Below, in pieces: positions 60,431 to 64,000 of a DNA stretch of 64,000 nt. Location: assembly GCA_013239625.1 (NCBI GenBank), contig MU057051.1, positions 2,353,603 to 2,417,602 on the forward strand, written 5' to 3'. The notes under the pieces are model-generated. The model did not search any database. It had not been told where the DNA came from and was given only the letters and a program-made list of their open reading frames with translations. Position 1 is the first letter of the stretch. Each line of letters opens with the position of its first letter. The position numbers were made by a program, and so were the translations under genes. The stretch comes from Lama guanicoe (lineage: Eukaryota).

Positions 60431-61396
60431 TTGCAGGGGAGAAGGCAGTGGAGCAAGCGCTGGCTCTGCATGAGCCGGGCTGGGGAAGGAGGGTTACCTC
60501 TAGGCAAGGTTCAGGGAAAGGAAAAGGGAAATCTTGCTGCGTCTAGGCTTCCTTTAAATTTATGGCCACTGGAGTGATACTGTGGAGAATGCCATTTTTC
60601 ACTCCACAATTCCACTCCTATCACCTAATCTGACTGTCAGGCTGAGCTGGGTGGGGGTAGGGGGTACTCTGGAGAGCGAAGCATGCTTTCCATGCCTTAG
60701 GAAATGGCGATGATTAGATCTCAGAGGTCAGCCGGTGTGTAATTGGGATCTTGGGGCTGGGAGAACACAGTCAGATTTACACAGGGCTTCTTGCCTCTAG
60801 GGACTCTTTCTTTTTGCTATCATATCATCTCTGGAGCAAAACTGCTTGTTTTAACTCTTGGTAGAAAAGTAACTTCCCTTGTCCGTTTTTCACATGCGAT
60901 GTATAAACGAGCAAAGAAATGGTAGACTGTTAGTACGTGTTGCACTAGCCACTTTGGGCCACACTTGGTGCCATGGAAAGTGATGTGGATTTGAGGGTAG
61001 AAGATCTGGGTTTGAGTCCACTTCTGCCTTGGGTAAGCTGTGATGTTTCTCCAGTGGGGATAGTGAAACCTGTGATTCTCACCTCACAAGGTCATGAGAA
61101 TGAAGGAGGGTAAATGTCCAAACATCCTTAAGCAATAAAAGGACCCATGTGAATTAGAGACTCCAGGCTGGGGTATCAAGGGGGTGAGTGTATTTGTGGG
61201 ACATAAAGATGTTAGGTGATTTGGGGATGCAAGCCATTTTGCTTCCTGACCTCAGAGCAGGACATCTGTCATCATCACAGGGTCCTGGGGTGGCCATCAG
61301 CCACCGGCAGAGGGAAAGGTGTGGTTCCTAGCAGGTCGGGACTCTCCTAGAAGCACAGAGGGAGTGCTGAGGTGCCCACCTTAAGTGGTTTATGAG

Positions 61397-61758
61397 TGTT
61401 GGGGAGGAAGAAATTTTCCTCTACCCTCTGAGGTTCTTCTGGCTGGTCTAAGAAATAAATTGACGTGAGACAGATGGAAAAGCAAGTGTTTGGTAAACAA
61501 AGGTTTACTGGGCCACACAGAGACAGTGGGACACAGAGTAGACTCTGATCTCCAGGCCCATCACAATTAGCCCATATTCTTTGCAGAGATCTCGGGTGAC
61601 AGCACTGTTCTGGAAACTGGCCCTCTATATAAATTCTTTTAGGCAGTTATGGGGCATCAGAGTTTCTTCCTGAGTCTTTTGGGCTTTGACTGTTTTCAGC
61701 TCGAAATAATCTGCATGCCCAAGAGACATTTTGGGGTGGCAACTTTTGCTCCCCTGCG
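61397..61758 (-). mobile_element. Solo MER34-like ERV1 LTR (short or internally deleted form)
   Basis: Its reverse complement aligns with both ends of the 16005-16683 LTR. Confidence 0.8.
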
Positions 61759-62289
61759 TGGACTTCAGCAAGGAAGTCAATATGTGAATGGGCTACCTAA
61801 GAAAAATCATTTCTGCAGGCTTGGGAGGTTGGGGTCAAGGGTAGCTGAGATCTGGTGGCCTGAGGGCTGCTGCAATGAGAAAATTCCTGAGGACCTCACT
61901 CTTACTCCCTAGCAGATAAAGCCTGGGATGTTTAATTATAAACAATGTAAGGAATTTTACAGTGAAGCTTATTTTAGGCATCTCTTTGACCCTTTTTGCT
62001 GGCCCCTCCTGTCTTCACTGCCCCTACCTTTGACTGAGTTCAGAGCCCTAGAACTGCCTTCAAAATCCTCCAACCCCCAAGAGAAATCTCTGCTTGGGTC
62101 TGTTTTCTCCCTGAAGACCCACAAGGAGAGAGCTCTGGATATACGGGTGAGATCCTCCGAACAGTGTGAGAGGACAGAAAAGAGAAGATGTCAAAGGAAT
62201 GAGCCCTGAGAGTTGCAACATGTAGAAGTCAGGAGGATGCGGAGGGACCTTTCTGCTTTTGCCAAATTATTTCTTAAGAATAAATTCTT

Positions 62290-64000
62290 AGTGGTAACAT
62301 TTCTGGCTAAGGTGGGAACCATACAGCTATAAATAAACGTATGAGTCAATTTCTGGGCAGCTTCACCATCATTGGATATTAGCATTCAACTTTTTGCGGG
62401 GGATTCTTTTAGAATATGTCAATTGTCATCTCCAGAATGCTTTCATTTACATTTCTTTGATTTCTAGTGAGAATGAACATTTCCCCACTGTTTGTCTCCT
62501 GTTTTTCCCTTATGGGAATGGTCCTGTCTTTTACCTATGTATCTTTTGGAATCTTGACTTTTATTTAACAAATTTGAATTAGCTATTTTTGATAGATCTT
62601 AATTCTTTGTAATGTTTGATAGAAATATTTTTCCTCTTTCAAAAAATCTTTAGCAGTGTTTTTTGTTTGTTTGTTTTTTTGTGGTGCAATCATTTAAATA
62701 GCCTCAAAGCTGAGAAGGTTAAAATTCCTCCAGAGAGGTGATCAACACTTTTTTTCCAATTTTCTGCAAGTTCTTCCATAATTAGATTTTATAGTCAAAT
62801 CTTTAACCAACCAAAGCTTATTTTGGTAAATGCTTTATTTTTAATAACTTTTTCTATTATAAAATCAATAAATGTGTATTATTGAAAAATAAGAACATGG
62901 CAAAGAGGATCCATAACTCCACTATGCAGAGATAAGCACTGCTGACTTATCACTGATTCCTCCAAACTATTTTCCTGTTTATGTGTTTATTTTTTTTAAA
63001 AGCAAAGCAACTGCAAGCATACTGTACAAACTCTTTAATAACTTGTCTTAGCAACATATTAATGACATATTTCAGTGGCATTAGATGCTCTTAAAATATT
63101 GTTTGAAACAGCTGTGACATATTGCACTCTATAGATGTAGCATTGTTGGCTTAATCCTCTATTTTTTATTATCTCTCATGTGTCTTAAGATACTGCTTTT
63201 ATTAACAGTGCTGGTATAAACATACTTAAGCATAAATCTTGATCCCCATTTCTGATCACTTCCTTTGCTTAAATTTCTTAAAGTGGAATTGCTGAGGTGA
63301 AGGTTATAAATATATGTACATATGTTTTTTGCCTTTTCACGTATACTGCCATGTTAAGTAAATATATCATTTTAAGTCCTCATCAGCAGTGAATGTGTGT
63401 GCTCACCCTCCCACCTTATCTTCCTTCTTGTTAATATTAACTATTAACATTTCTAAACTTTCATGCTCAATTGATAAGCTGAAATGGTATGTGTATATTT
63501 TAATTTTTTTTACTAGTGAGTTAAAGTTGAATTTATCATCACCTCCGTTTTTATTGGCTATTTTCTCTCTTTATGAATTACCTGAAAACGGTGTTTATGT
63601 ATTTTATATAGTAGTTTATATATTTTTATATATTTTTAAAATTTGGATGCTCATTAAAATTTTTTAATAGTTTCAAACACAGTATAATGAATATTTGTGA
63701 GTACCACCTTGCTACCCAGATCCATCAGATCCTAATATTTTGCTGTATATGTTTCCTATTTTTGTTAAGAAATAGAATAATTGTATACCTGTGTACCTGT
63801 TCTCATTTTGTTTCCTCCTCTTCAGAGGCAACTGCATCCTGACTTGGTGCCTAGGATTCTCATCTACGTTTGTATACGTTTGCAACATAGGTATGTGGCT
63901 ATAAATATAGAGCATTATTTTATATGTTTACAAATTATTAGGCTTACTTGCAGCTTGTTTTTTCACTCAGTCTTATATTTTTGACATTTATCTCTTGATA
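62290..64000 (-). mobile_element. Old L1M fragments (AT-rich)
   Basis: 'cattacatttctttgatttctagtgagaatgaacatt', 'aaatttcttaaagtggaattgctgagg', 'gtttttcactcagtcttatatttttgacatttatc'. Confidence 0.7.

Noticed and set aside
1-64000. Naming the host gene or orthologous human locus
   Set aside because: No exon or conserved element was recognised with certainty; BLASTN of 7230-7830 or 59950-60430 would be needed.

Overview
Mammalian, almost certainly camelid (alpaca/llama/camel), nuclear DNA. The evidence is six tRNA-Ala-derived Vic-1-type SINEs and camelid-type L1 3' ends. I recognise no protein-coding gene: the six-frame ORFs are either chance frames or L1 ORF2 remnants. The window is intronic or intergenic and rich in MIR, L2, MER5, hAT and LTR fossils, with four assembly gaps. 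A compact CpG-island promoter sits at about 59.95-60.43 kb (tandem NRF1 sites, a PU.1/IRF composite motif, donor sites on both strands). Best-supported oddities: a twin-primed (5'-inverted) L1 with an exact TSD nested inside a MER63 fossil; a fold-back templated insertion inside a MER5A; a recursive-splice-site-like AG|GTGAG followed by a 52-nt exon; a triplicated KLF/GATA-like 17-mer next to a ~50-nt hairpin; an HNF1/NR5A/ONECUT/DR1 motif cluster; and LTR/SINE polarity that flips at the CpG island, together with minus-strand exon-like segments suggesting an unannotated long divergent transcript. I found no evidence for a new enzyme system. Repeat family names come from recalled consensus sequences and their boundaries are approximate.
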